A stretch of DNA of 64,000 bases from Octopus bimaculoides (Eukaryota): assembly GCF_001194135.2 (NCBI RefSeq), contig NC_068981.1, positions 191,301,871-191,365,870 on the forward strand, in the 5' to 3' direction. Below are positions 56,518 to 64,000 of the stretch, one piece after another. The stretch's first letter is position 1. Every line of letters begins with the position of its first letter. The notes under the pieces are model-generated. The model saw only the letters and a program-made list of their open reading frames with translations, did no database searches and was not told the origin of the DNA. Position numbers and translations under genes: made by a program.

Positions 56518-59500
56518 CCTGGATATTCTGTTGGGTCAAAGGGTAGAAGGGGCAAGAAGGTGTCTGTATCTGCTTCTGACTAATTAGGCATCTAAAACAG
56601 TTAATGAAAGGTTAGTGCATGCTGCCTTAGTGAAGTTGCAAGTGGCAGCTATGGACAACTTTTTTTTCTTTTTTTTTTTACTTTGTTGATGCATTATTTT
56701 TATTGACTTCCAGAAGAAAAAAGAACAAACTTGGCTACAACAGGATTTGAACTCAGAACTTAAAGAGCCAGGACAAATACACATACACCAAAAGCATTTT
56801 CTTGGCCATTCCAACAATTCTGCCATATTTTCCTTTATCCCATTCTTTAATGGAAACTAGTTAACTCTAATGAAAATCACTTCCTTTTTTCATTATTAAT
56901 TTGGCATTTGTTTCAGGGCAGCAAGCTGGCTGAAACGTTAGCACACCAGGCAAAATGCTTAGCAGTATTTCGTCTGCCATTCCATTCTGAGTTCAAATTC
57001 CACTGAGGTCGACTTTGCCTTTCATTCTTTCGGGGTCGATTAAATAAGTACCAGTTACACACTGGGGTAAATGTAATCAACTTAATCCTTTTGTCTGTCC
57101 TTCTTTGTTTAGCTCCCTGTAGGCATTAAAGAAATCGATATGGCATTTGTTTCTGTTGTTTTTTTATAATATAACAAAATAGGAGTTTTTTTGCATAAAA
57201 TTATAAAGGACAGTTTTAACTCAACCCTTTAGCATTTAAACCAGCCATATCAGGGCCAAATATTCTGTGTCTTATGTTCAAACTGGACAGATCCAGCCTC
57301 TCACACCTACCTTACAATGTGTTTCTACAAATAAACCATTACATCAAAACTACGAGATAATGCATGATTAATTCAAAACAATAAGCCATATATTTAAAAG
57401 AGTAATTTGAATGCTTAAAGGGTTAAATATAAATATTTAAAACTGTTTTGTATGAAAGAACCAGAAGCAGTCTGGGGTAAGATGGTACCAAAACAGGTTT
57501 GCTCTTAATATGAAAATACTCAAATACAGCCAGCTGGCAAAATTATTAACACACCGGGTGAAATGCTTGGCAGCATTTCATTCATCGTTACGTTCTGGGT
57601 TCAAATTCTGCTGAGGTCAGCTTTGTCTTTCATCCTTACTGGGTCAATAAAATAAGGCCCGGTTGAACAGTGGGATCAATGCAATCGACTTACTCCTCCC
57701 CTGAAATTGCTGACCTTGTGCCAAAATTTGAAACCAATATGAAAATACTCTGGAACCTACAATACGTGTTCAGCTACTATTTTAAACATTGTCTTACCAT
57801 ATTTTTATTTTGCTTTACTTTTGAAACAATATCGATGATTTTAGAAAACCTTGATTGTACATTCTATATTTTACAGAATACACAAGGAAACAAAAAATGG
57901 TGGCTTCCAGAAGCCTTAGATCCTGATGAAGGTCAGAATGCTAAGGTGAAATACAGTGTACAGTTTGTACCCAACGAAGATCCAGAAATGACAGCATTGT
58001 TTGATGAAGTATTCTCTGTCAGCAAAGACTTACGCAAACTTATCATCAAAAAACCTTTACCGACAAGCAGTTGGAGACCAGAAAATTTCAGTGTTGCACT
58101 TGTAAGTTCTTATAAACCTAACCCTAACCATGTCTGCATGTCTTGATTTATTTCAAGGAAAACAAGATTCCACTTTCCTAGTTATTTTATTCAAATTAAG
58201 AATCTTAAAAGAAAAACTAGCTCAGGCTAATGTAAGTTCTAAAATATCTTAATGATAGCCTCCACTTCAGTAAAGCAATTTCTGGTTTTCATTGAGGAAA
58301 CATGAGTAAAGTATATACAAATCAAAATCCGAAAATAGCAACTAAATCGCTCTTAGATCATGCTCTACTGTCTGAAAATAATTTAGTATATACATTGGAC
58401 TATGTAGTGCTTGACCGTGATAATCTGCCTGAGACTAAATAACAGTAGGTACAGGCATAGTTGTGTGGTAAGAATCTTACTTCCCAACCACATGGTTCCA
58501 GGTTCAGTCTCACAGTGTGGCACCTTGGAAAAGTGTCTTCTACTGTAGCCCTGAGCTAACCAAAACCTTCTGACTGGATTTGGTAGACAGAATCTGAAAG
58601 AACCCTGTCATGTGTGTGTGCATGTGTTTGCCCCCCCCCCCCCGCCACCACTTGACAACCAGTGTTGGTTTGTTTACGCCCCCATAACTTGACAGTTCAG
58701 CAAAAAGAAACTGACAGAAGAAGTACCAAGCTTTAATAAAAAATAAGTACTATGGAGTGGTGGTTAGCGATTTGGTTGGCTAAAAGTTCTTCAAGGTGGT
58801 GCCCCAGCATGGCCGCAGTCTAATGACTGAAAAATGTAAAAGAGAGAGAATATCAATAGCTGAAGATAATGTTTACGTATTGTGTTGAAAATAATTCTGA
58901 AACTTAAATAAATAAATGAAAACATTTTTAAAGTAAAATAAGACTGTTTCAAATTAAAATGGTCAGCTAAGGACAGTTTCTACCTTTCATCTCTCGGGGG
59001 GAGGGGGGGGGGTCAATGTAATTGACTAACCCCACCCCTCAAAATTGCTGACCTTGTATCTGAATCAGAAGACATTTAAAGGCAGTAAACTTCATTAGCA
59101 TGGAAGCACATGACCTAGTGGTTAGAGCAGTAGACTCGCGGTTGAGGGAACGCAGGTTCGAATCTCAGACCGGGCGATGTGTGTGTTTGTAAGCGAAACA
59201 TCTAAGCTCCATGTGGCTCCGGCAGAAGACAATGGTGAACTTCTGCTGACTTTTTTGCCACAACTTTCTCTCACTCTTTCCTCCTGCATCTAGCAGCTCA
59301 CCTGCAGCGTCCTGTCCAGGTGGGGAACCTATATGCCAATGAAACTGGGAAACCGGCCCTTATGAGCCAGGCATGGCTCAAGAAGGAACAAACAACAACA
59401 AACTTCATTAGCACATCAAACAAAATACTCAGTAGCATTTCTTCTGGCTTTTTTTTATGTTCTAAGTTCAAGTCCCACCAAGGTCAACACAGCCTTTCAT

Positions 59501-59647
59501 CTTTTTGGGGTCAATAAAAAAAGTATCACTTGGGCACTGGGATCAATGTTATCAACTAACACCCTTACCCTTAAATAGCTGACCATGGGCCAAAATTTGA
59601 AATAGTCATTATTGCTGTTGTTGCTATTATTATTATTATTATTATTA

Positions 59648-59692
<45 letters not shown>

Positions 59693-62600
59693 GAATTATT
59701 ATTATTATTATTGTCTTTGTTCAGCTTTCCTACAGAGCTCGAAATGTTGCTCCCCTTGAGAAAGCAACAAAACAGTCAGGAAGAGATGAAATTTATATAC
59801 GTGTAAAAATGATCTCCAATAATACCAATTTCTACCAACCACACTTCATCGGTAAGTTTTCAAACTTGTTATCAAGAGTTCCATTTGATATTGACCAAAC
59901 TGCTGTCAATGAAAGTTTTTTTTTCATTACTAGAAGAAGAAGAAATATTAGTATTAATAGAAATATCAATATTAATATTATAGGTGCAGGAGTGGCTGTG
60001 TGGTAAGTAGCTTGCTTACCAATCACATGGTCCCGGGTTCAGTCCTACTGCGTGGCACCTTGGGCAAGTGTCATCTACTATAGCCTCGGGTTGACCAAAG
60101 CCTTGCGAGTGTATTTGGTAGACGGAAACTTGAAGAAGTCCATCATATATATATGTATGTGTGTATATATGTTTGTGTGTCTGTCCCCCCAGCATCGCTT
60201 GACAACCAATACTGGTGTGTTAACGTCCCCGTAACTTAGAGATTCAGCAAAAGAGGCCGATAGAATAAGTACTAGGCTTACAAAGAATAAGCTCTGGGGT
60301 CGATTTGCTTGACTATAAAGGCAGTGCTCCAGCATGGCCGCAGTCAAATGACTGAAACGAGTAAAAGAGTAAAAGAGTATTACATATTGACATAAGGTGG
60401 CGAGCTGGCAGAATGCAGAATCTATCTTTCCAGTTTCGCCCCCAGTTATTCCCACTCCCTCTTCAACAATACGAATAGCCATGTAGCTCCTTTACTATGA
60501 GAAATCTGTTCTCTTCTACCCTTTCTTTCATACTTTAAGCTCTCATCTCCTAGAACGGAGCTACCTCCCTCTCTACTGTAGCGCCACACTGTTGAAGGGG
60601 AGCATAATTTTGTGAGTGACATGGTGACTTCACTGATGCTGGTGCCACAAGGAAGCACTCCGTACATTTTGTAAAGTGTTTAGCATTAGGAAGGATGTCT
60701 ATCCATAAAAACCATTCCAAAGCTGACATAGGGACACAGTGTTGTCATCAGATCCATTAGAGTTTGTTAAACCAACCAAATTCACACCAACATGGAAGAG
60801 GGCCATTAAAGAAGGAGGAGGAGGACTAGGTGTTAAATCATTGGTAATACTCATTGTTCACAAGTCACTTTTGTTTCTGTGTTGGTTGTGATATAGAACT
60901 CAACTTAATGTGTGTTTTGTGTGTCTCTGTGTATGTATGTGTGTGTGCATCTGTGTGTTTGTGTGCATGCCTCTGTGTGTCTGTGTGTGGGGGGGGGGAG
61001 AGAAAGAGAGTGTCTCGTTGCCACAGAGTCTAACTATTCTTTATTTTTCCAGGTGTTACTGATCCCTTGATCCTGTCAATATCAGAAAACACTTCAATTG
61101 GAGCAAACCTGTTCCAGTTTACTGCAATAGATGGAGATAAAGGTTCAAGTGAAAACATTACCTATTCCATGCAAACAAACAGTGCGAAGGTGAGTAGAGT
61201 TTAATGTTTAATCAGCCAGCCCTGGCATTCAATGCAATCTTATTCCATCGTTATTCTAATGGTTTTGGTCAGATCAATAAAACTAAGCACAGATTTCTAA
61301 TCCAGTAACAACAATACAAAGTATGTAGCCCTTAAAACGGTTTTTGTATATTTATTGAGAATACCGAACTGTCTTATAAAGGATCTTGTTTTTAGAAATT
61401 CCCAGTAAGTTATGAATACCCAAATTGTGAAGTTAGTTATGTAATAACATGAAATTCATTACCCTATAGTAAGAATTCAAATAAAGTAGCCCCGAAAAGG
61501 GCTTTAATATGTTCCCAGAGTATATAGAACATTGGAGGAAATACTAATAAGGTATGTATACTAAAATCGTGATACATGTTATGTAATAACAGGCTAATCA
61601 GATATGAGATAATAACAATTCAAAGTAATTAACTGTGAAAAAAGCATTTGTGCACTCCCAGAGAATATTCCCCTCAGCAGCGCTTCTGTTGGTATATTCG
61701 TGAATAAGTCACTAACCGAAATAAGTTGATCTATTGTTGTTAACTTGTTTAAGGCTTGTACTGGATAAATTGAGAAAATAACTAAAATAGTTCAAATACT
61801 AAGAAATAAGTATATTCAATTTCATTTTTACCAAATAATTTACGAAGGAGGGAATGGGTTATTTCCCTTAGAAGCTTAAAAACCCTAATTTACGAAGGAA
61901 GGAAGGAATGGGTTATTTCCCTTGGAAGCTTAAAATAATTACGCCCACCGTTCAACCGCGGCCAAATGTTATTCCTCCCACCGTTTACCTGAACATTTTT
62001 TCGAAATCAATTTATACTTAGAACCTCCCCAGACACATAAGCAATGTGCCTGGGAAGTTTAAGAAAAATCGGTAGAGCCGTTTTGGCGCAAAATGAGGAC
62101 ATACTGATACACACTCACAGACATTTTCAGTTTTAATAAGTAAGATATATATATATCATCATCATCGTTTAATGTCCGCTTTCCATGCTAGCATGGGTTG
62201 GACGATTTGACTGAGGACTGACGAACCAGATGGCTACACCAGGCTCCAATCTGATCTGGCAGAGTTTCTACAGCTGGATGCCCTTCCTAACACCAACCAC
62301 TCCAAGAGTGTAGTGGGTGCTTTTACGTGCCACAGGCACGAAGGCCAGTCATGTGGTACTGGCAACGGCCACGCTCGAAATGGTGTATTTTACGTACCAC
62401 CTGCACAGGAGCCAGTCCAGGAGCACTGGCAACGACCTCGCAAGTGTTACTAATAATCAGTTGTTAGATCTCAATATACTTATGTTTTAGGATAAAACTT
62501 TCAGTAAGTACAAAGCGTAATATCAACCAGTGAATGAGAAAAGAACAGGAGTTACTTAATCACCTTCATTAGTTGTAAGAAATGGCTCCAAGGAAGCTAT

Positions 62601-63093
62601 GTACTGTTGCACAAACACTCAGCTCTGAGTGCAATGCTTCTTAGTGCTGAAACAGCTGTAAGCTAATGAAGGTGATTATATAGCTCATTTACTTTTATCA
62701 TTCATGAATTTACACACACACAAACACACACTATAGATGTTTGTCTGTATGTATGCTATAATAGTGATGACTTTTGATTTCAGACTAAATGGTTATTTGA
62801 ACTCAATAAGCAAACAGGATCTCTTCAACTTCAAAATGCAATCCAAGAGAATGATATTGGAAACTACACCCTATGGGTCATTGCCAGCGACAATGATGTT
62901 ATTCCAAAAACAAAGTCAGTATGGCGCTTTGACGTTCTGTTTGTCTTTTGTTCATTTCTTCATCATTTATCACTGAGACTTTTCTCTAATATCAATGCTT
63001 TTTCATTCATTTTGGTCAACAGATCACTATTTGTATGGATAGAAATTATAGAACTGAGAGAAGTGACTGTGACATTAGCTCCACCAACACTTG
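7136..63093 (+). CDS. Large atypical cadherin (Fat/Dachsous/CDH23-like superfamily), partial. 20 exons, 13 EC repeats plus the tail of a 14th; 5' and 3' ends outside the window
   Basis: Manually spliced AG/GT exons have compatible phases and give one open frame of 4330 nt. It contains repeated PEN, DxD, LDRE, DxG and DxNDNxP motifs. Orthology cannot be assigned without a search. Confidence 0.93.
9345..9452 (+). CDS. Cadherin exon 2, phase 0/0
   Basis: acag|GGT; GAG|gtttgc; [36 protein letters not shown]. Confidence 0.9.
10424..10731. mobile_element. Palindromic (fold-back) repeat element
   Basis: Arms 10474-10612 and 10614-10731 are inverted about a single-base centre; its left flank recurs inverted at ~40450..40500. 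Confidence 0.75.
11483..12187. other. Assembly gap (N run) flanked by an identical ~460-bp duplication
   Basis: ~11022-11482 is repeated at 12188-12647. Other gaps at ~22960-23426, 28165-28173, 32327-32494, 36138-36285, 45278-45578, 46903-46998. Confidence 0.9.
16358..16750. repeat. Minisatellite, 28-bp unit CTACATGTATCACATTTAATCAATGCTG
   Basis: Three perfect copies start at 16540, 16568 and 16596; degenerate copies flank them on both sides. Confidence 0.85.
17093..17654. repeat. Nested fold-back: outer ~95-110 bp inverted arms plus inner 128-bp arms
   Basis: 17093-17205 pairs with 17561-17654; 17299-17426 pairs with 17431-17558. Confidence 0.9.
18099..18236 (+). CDS. Cadherin exon 3, phase 0/0
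   Basis: ttcag|GAT; CCT|gtaagg; [19 protein letters not shown]...[16 protein letters not shown]. Confidence 0.92.
19968..21119 (+). CDS. Cadherin exon 4 (1152 nt), phase 0/0
   Basis: gtcag|GCA; CAG|gtaggt; three DVND linkers plus LDRE/LDYE motifs. Confidence 0.96.
21744..21953 (+). CDS. Cadherin exon 5, phase 0/0
   Basis: cacag|ATT; ACA|gttagt; [24 protein letters not shown]...FTVNSTT. Confidence 0.9.
25010..25346 (-). mobile_element. 5'-truncated R4/Dong-like (RLE-endonuclease) non-LTR retrotransposon remnant
   Basis: Minus-strand translation with stops and a frameshift: [48 protein letters not shown]...[22 protein letters not shown]; abuts a (TAA)n tract. Confidence 0.8.
26290..26920 (-). 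mobile_element. CR1-like LINE 3' fragment
   Basis: [25 protein letters not shown] and [18 protein letters not shown] motifs; contains an 11-bp x4 tandem at 26621-26664. Confidence 0.8.
27745..27903. repeat. (CTA)n microsatellite, representative of many SSRs
   Basis: Also (GT)n 1-46, 348-429, 54412-54476, 63156-63224; (TTA)n 2095-2148, 24827-24905, 59617-59711; (CA)n 13525-13575; (CATA)n 47693-47760. Confidence 0.95.
28008..28760. mobile_element. RTE-tail-type short element (CATCATCGTTTAACGTCCGCTTTCCATGCTAGCATGGGTTGG end) with internal ~66-bp tandem array
   Basis: Family copies at ~1265-1500, 8540-8900, 11150-11378, 15800-16140, 33140-33655, 40240-40425, 41330-41735, 53545-53770, 62155-62442. 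Confidence 0.75.
30215..30535 (+). mobile_element. tRNA-headed SINE family D
   Basis: ATGGCTTAGTG...GAGTTCAATTCC head; related copies at ~44095-44390(-), 26920-27055(-), 43490-43740(-), 70-310(+). Confidence 0.7.
30595..30890 (+). mobile_element. CR1-like LINE 3' fragment (same family as the 26.3-26.9 kb copy)
   Basis: [40 protein letters not shown]; DNA similar to the minus-strand copy. Confidence 0.8.
30942..31052 (+). CDS. Cadherin exon 6, phase 0/0
   Basis: atcag|GGT; GCT|gtaagt; [37 protein letters not shown]. Confidence 0.92.
32512..32767. mobile_element. TTAA-flanked (piggyBac-type) MITE, family 1
   Basis: TTAA|CCCTTTCGTTACC...GGTAATGAAAGGG|TTAA; related fragments at ~21130..21620. 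Confidence 0.75.
34063..34240 (+). CDS. Cadherin exon 7, phase 0/1
   Basis: tgcag|ATT; G|gtaagt; [13 protein letters not shown]...[21 protein letters not shown]. Confidence 0.93.
35180..35412 (+). mobile_element. SINE family A (AAGGCGGCGAGCTGGCAGAA...; B-box-like GAGTTCAAATTCC), representative copy
   Basis: Other copies at ~1900-2093(+), 2925-3130(-), 3228-3445(-), 22205-22430(-), 23460-23670(+), 34430-34748(-), 42895-43305(-), 55706-55920(+), 56916-57130(+), 57530-57740(+). Confidence 0.85.
39227..39318 (+). CDS. Cadherin exon 8, phase 1/0
   Basis: atcag|GA; TTG|gtaaga; [30 protein letters not shown]. Confidence 0.92.
43911..44051 (+). CDS. Cadherin exon 9, phase 0/0
   Basis: ttcag|GTC; TCT|gtaagt; [29 protein letters not shown]... 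Confidence 0.93.
46597..46684 (+). CDS. Cadherin exon 10, phase 0/1
   Basis: tgtag|GTC; G|gtaaaa; [29 protein letters not shown]. Confidence 0.88.
47251..47692 (+). mobile_element. Non-autonomous Merlin-like DNA transposon
   Basis: TIRs GGTGCTACTTTGGCATG(C/T)GATCT; CATACATA on both flanks; internal residual frame [14 protein letters not shown]. Confidence 0.6.
48257..48383 (+). CDS. Cadherin exon 11, phase 1/2
   Basis: tccag|CT; AA|gtaagt; [14 protein letters not shown]...[16 protein letters not shown]. Confidence 0.9.
49700..50575 (-). mobile_element. Decayed CR1-like LINE 3' end with UTR
   Basis: Degenerate similarity to the other CR1 fragments; UTR-like tail also seen at ~1740..1885 and ~34970..35100. 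Confidence 0.55.
50662..50822 (+). CDS. Cadherin exon 12, phase 2/1
   Basis: tctag|T; G|gtaatt; [13 protein letters not shown]...[17 protein letters not shown]. Confidence 0.92.
52397..52548 (+). CDS. Cadherin exon 13, phase 1/0
   Basis: tgaag|GT; AAA|gtaaat; [18 protein letters not shown]...[16 protein letters not shown]. Confidence 0.9.
54760..54952 (+). CDS. Cadherin exon 14, phase 0/1
   Basis: ttcag|GTA; G|gtaagc; [15 protein letters not shown]...[15 protein letters not shown]... Confidence 0.9.
54976..55187. mobile_element. TTAA-flanked (piggyBac-type) MITE, family 2
   Basis: TTAA|CCCTTTAG...AATGCTAAAGGA|TTAA; sister copies at 57225..57422 and 53522..53938 (the latter interrupted by an RTE-tail insertion). 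Confidence 0.75.
55334..55637 (+). mobile_element. tRNA-derived SINE, young CpG-rich copy
   Basis: A box TGGCCCAGTGG, B box GGTTTCGATTCC, (ATT)n tail; sister copy at 59101..59400. Confidence 0.8.
55987..56207 (+). CDS. Cadherin exon 15, phase 1/0
   Basis: ttcag|AT; CAA|gtaagt; [19 protein letters not shown]...DNGLPPKTG...DINDNIPDF. Confidence 0.92.
57877..58101 (+). CDS. Cadherin exon 16, phase 0/0
   Basis: tacag|AAT; CTT|gtaagt; [28 protein letters not shown]... Confidence 0.9.
59725..59851 (+). CDS. Cadherin exon 17, phase 0/1
   Basis: ttcag|CTT; G|gtaagt; [13 protein letters not shown]...[20 protein letters not shown]; phases fit both neighbours. Confidence 0.8.
59983..60378 (+). mobile_element. 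SINE family B (GGAGTGGCTGTGTGGTAAG... tRNA-like head, internal (TA)n, GAGTAAAA tail), full-length copy
   Basis: Other copies at ~23683-24088(+), 58452-58845(+), 18325-18690(+), 31145-31465(-), 48550-48958(-), 5210-5760(-). Confidence 0.85.
61053..61189 (+). CDS. Cadherin exon 18, phase 1/0
   Basis: tccag|GT; AAG|gtgagt; [39 protein letters not shown]. Confidence 0.92.
61950..62146 (+). mobile_element. Helitron/Helentron-like non-autonomous element 3' end
   Basis: ...AAGTTTAAGAAAAATCGGTAGAGCCGTTTT...ACAGACATTTTCAGTTTTAATAAGTAAGAT terminus, recognised from memory; preceded by a ~50-bp direct repeat at 61836..61935. Confidence 0.45.
62784..62914 (+). CDS. Cadherin exon 19, phase 0/2
   Basis: ttcag|ACT; AA|gtcagt; [16 protein letters not shown]...[16 protein letters not shown] (different frame from the track ORF at 62737). 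Confidence 0.87.
63023..63093 (+). CDS. Cadherin exon 20, phase 2/1
   Basis: aacag|A; G|gtaagt; [23 protein letters not shown], the last beta-strand of the EC repeat and a possible stalk. Confidence 0.8.
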
Positions 63094-63153
63094 GTAAGTA
63101 TTTCTTGGAGAATTGATGATGTGGTGTTAACTTATATGTATTTTCTTTATAAT

Positions 63154-63229
<76 letters not shown>

Positions 63230-63249
63230 AGTTTCAGATATAGAAGCAA

Positions 63250-63915
63250 GATCTAGAATCGAAGGGCCTTAGAGTTAACCTAGCCAAAACCAAAGTCTTA
63301 GTAAGTAGGAAGGCAGACAAATCACAAATCCCCTCAGGTAGATGGCCCTGCTCGATCTATAAACATGGTAGAAATGCCATAAGATGTACCTGGTATAAGC
63401 TATGGTTACATAAGAGGTGCAGCAATATCAGAGAAGGATTAACAGGGAAACTATCTTTCGTATGTGGAAGATGCACAGGTACAATAAACACTGAAAATGT
63501 GCAGAAAATAGACTCCAACAACTGCCAGTGGGGTAAGCTGGGGTTAGTAGATAGCTTCTGTTATCTAGGTGACCAAGTTAGTGGATGTGGATGCTCTGAG
63601 AGTGTAGCTGTGAGAATAAGATTAGGCTGAGCAAAGTTCAGAGAGCTCCTACCTCTGCTAGCAACAAAAGGCCCTTTCCCTCAGAGGAAACAGCTATGCT
63701 ACACAGCAGTGAAAAATTGGGCTGTGACAGCCGAGGACATACATAGGCTTGAAAGAAATGAAGCCAGTATGCTTCGCTGGATGTGCAATGTCAGTACGCA
63801 TGTTCAACAGAGTGTAAGCATCTTGAGAGAAAAGTTGGGTATAAGAGGCATCAGATGTGATGTGCAGAGAGATGGCTGAGCTGGTATGGTCATATGATGC
63901 ATATGGACAAGGACA
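63250..63915 (+). mobile_element. RTE-clade LINE ORF fragment (post-RT region with Cys-rich finger)
   Basis: LESKGLRVNLAKTKVLVS...WPCSI...CT.YKLWLHKRCS...FVCGRC...FCYLGDQV...LERNEASMLRWMCNV; one in-frame stop and a terminal frameshift. Confidence 0.88.
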
Positions 63916-64000
63916 AAACGTTGTGTTAACAACAAACAAGATGAGGACAAATATCCGTCAAATGTAAATAATGTACATAATTCCTCATCTCTTAAATATA

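Noticed and set aside
39957-62146. Helitron-like 5' motif (TACTAGCAGAGATACCCGGCG) at ~39957 pairing with the 3' end at 62146 to capture exons 9-18
   Set aside because: 22 kb apart, no evidence they are the same family, and the exons are colinear parts of the resident gene
62737-62976. Track ORF of 79 aa
   Set aside because: It overlaps exon 19 in the wrong frame; the cadherin frame begins at 62784

Overview
AT-rich animal genomic DNA with many microsatellites and 7 N-gaps. The repeat families look like those of Octopus; this is an inference from recognition, not a search. One + strand gene fills most of the window: 20 GT-AG exons (7136..63093, 4330 nt, ~1443 codons) splice into a single open frame. 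They encode the tail of one cadherin (EC) repeat plus 13 further EC repeats of a large atypical cadherin. The start codon, TM segment and stop lie outside the window. The introns carry tRNA-headed SINEs, RTE-tail elements, decayed CR1, RTE and R4/Dong-like LINE fragments, TTAA- and TA-flanked MITEs, a Merlin-like element and several long fold-backs. The most notable observations are (i) intron positions that would allow in-frame removal of exactly 5, 2 or 1 whole EC repeats, (ii) recurring Ca2+-motif-deficient linkers, and (iii) a ~560-nt nested fold-back whose inner stem is G.U-biased on the sense strand. No CRISPR, rRNA or true tRNA genes were found. Most ORFs in the track are microsatellite or gap artefacts.
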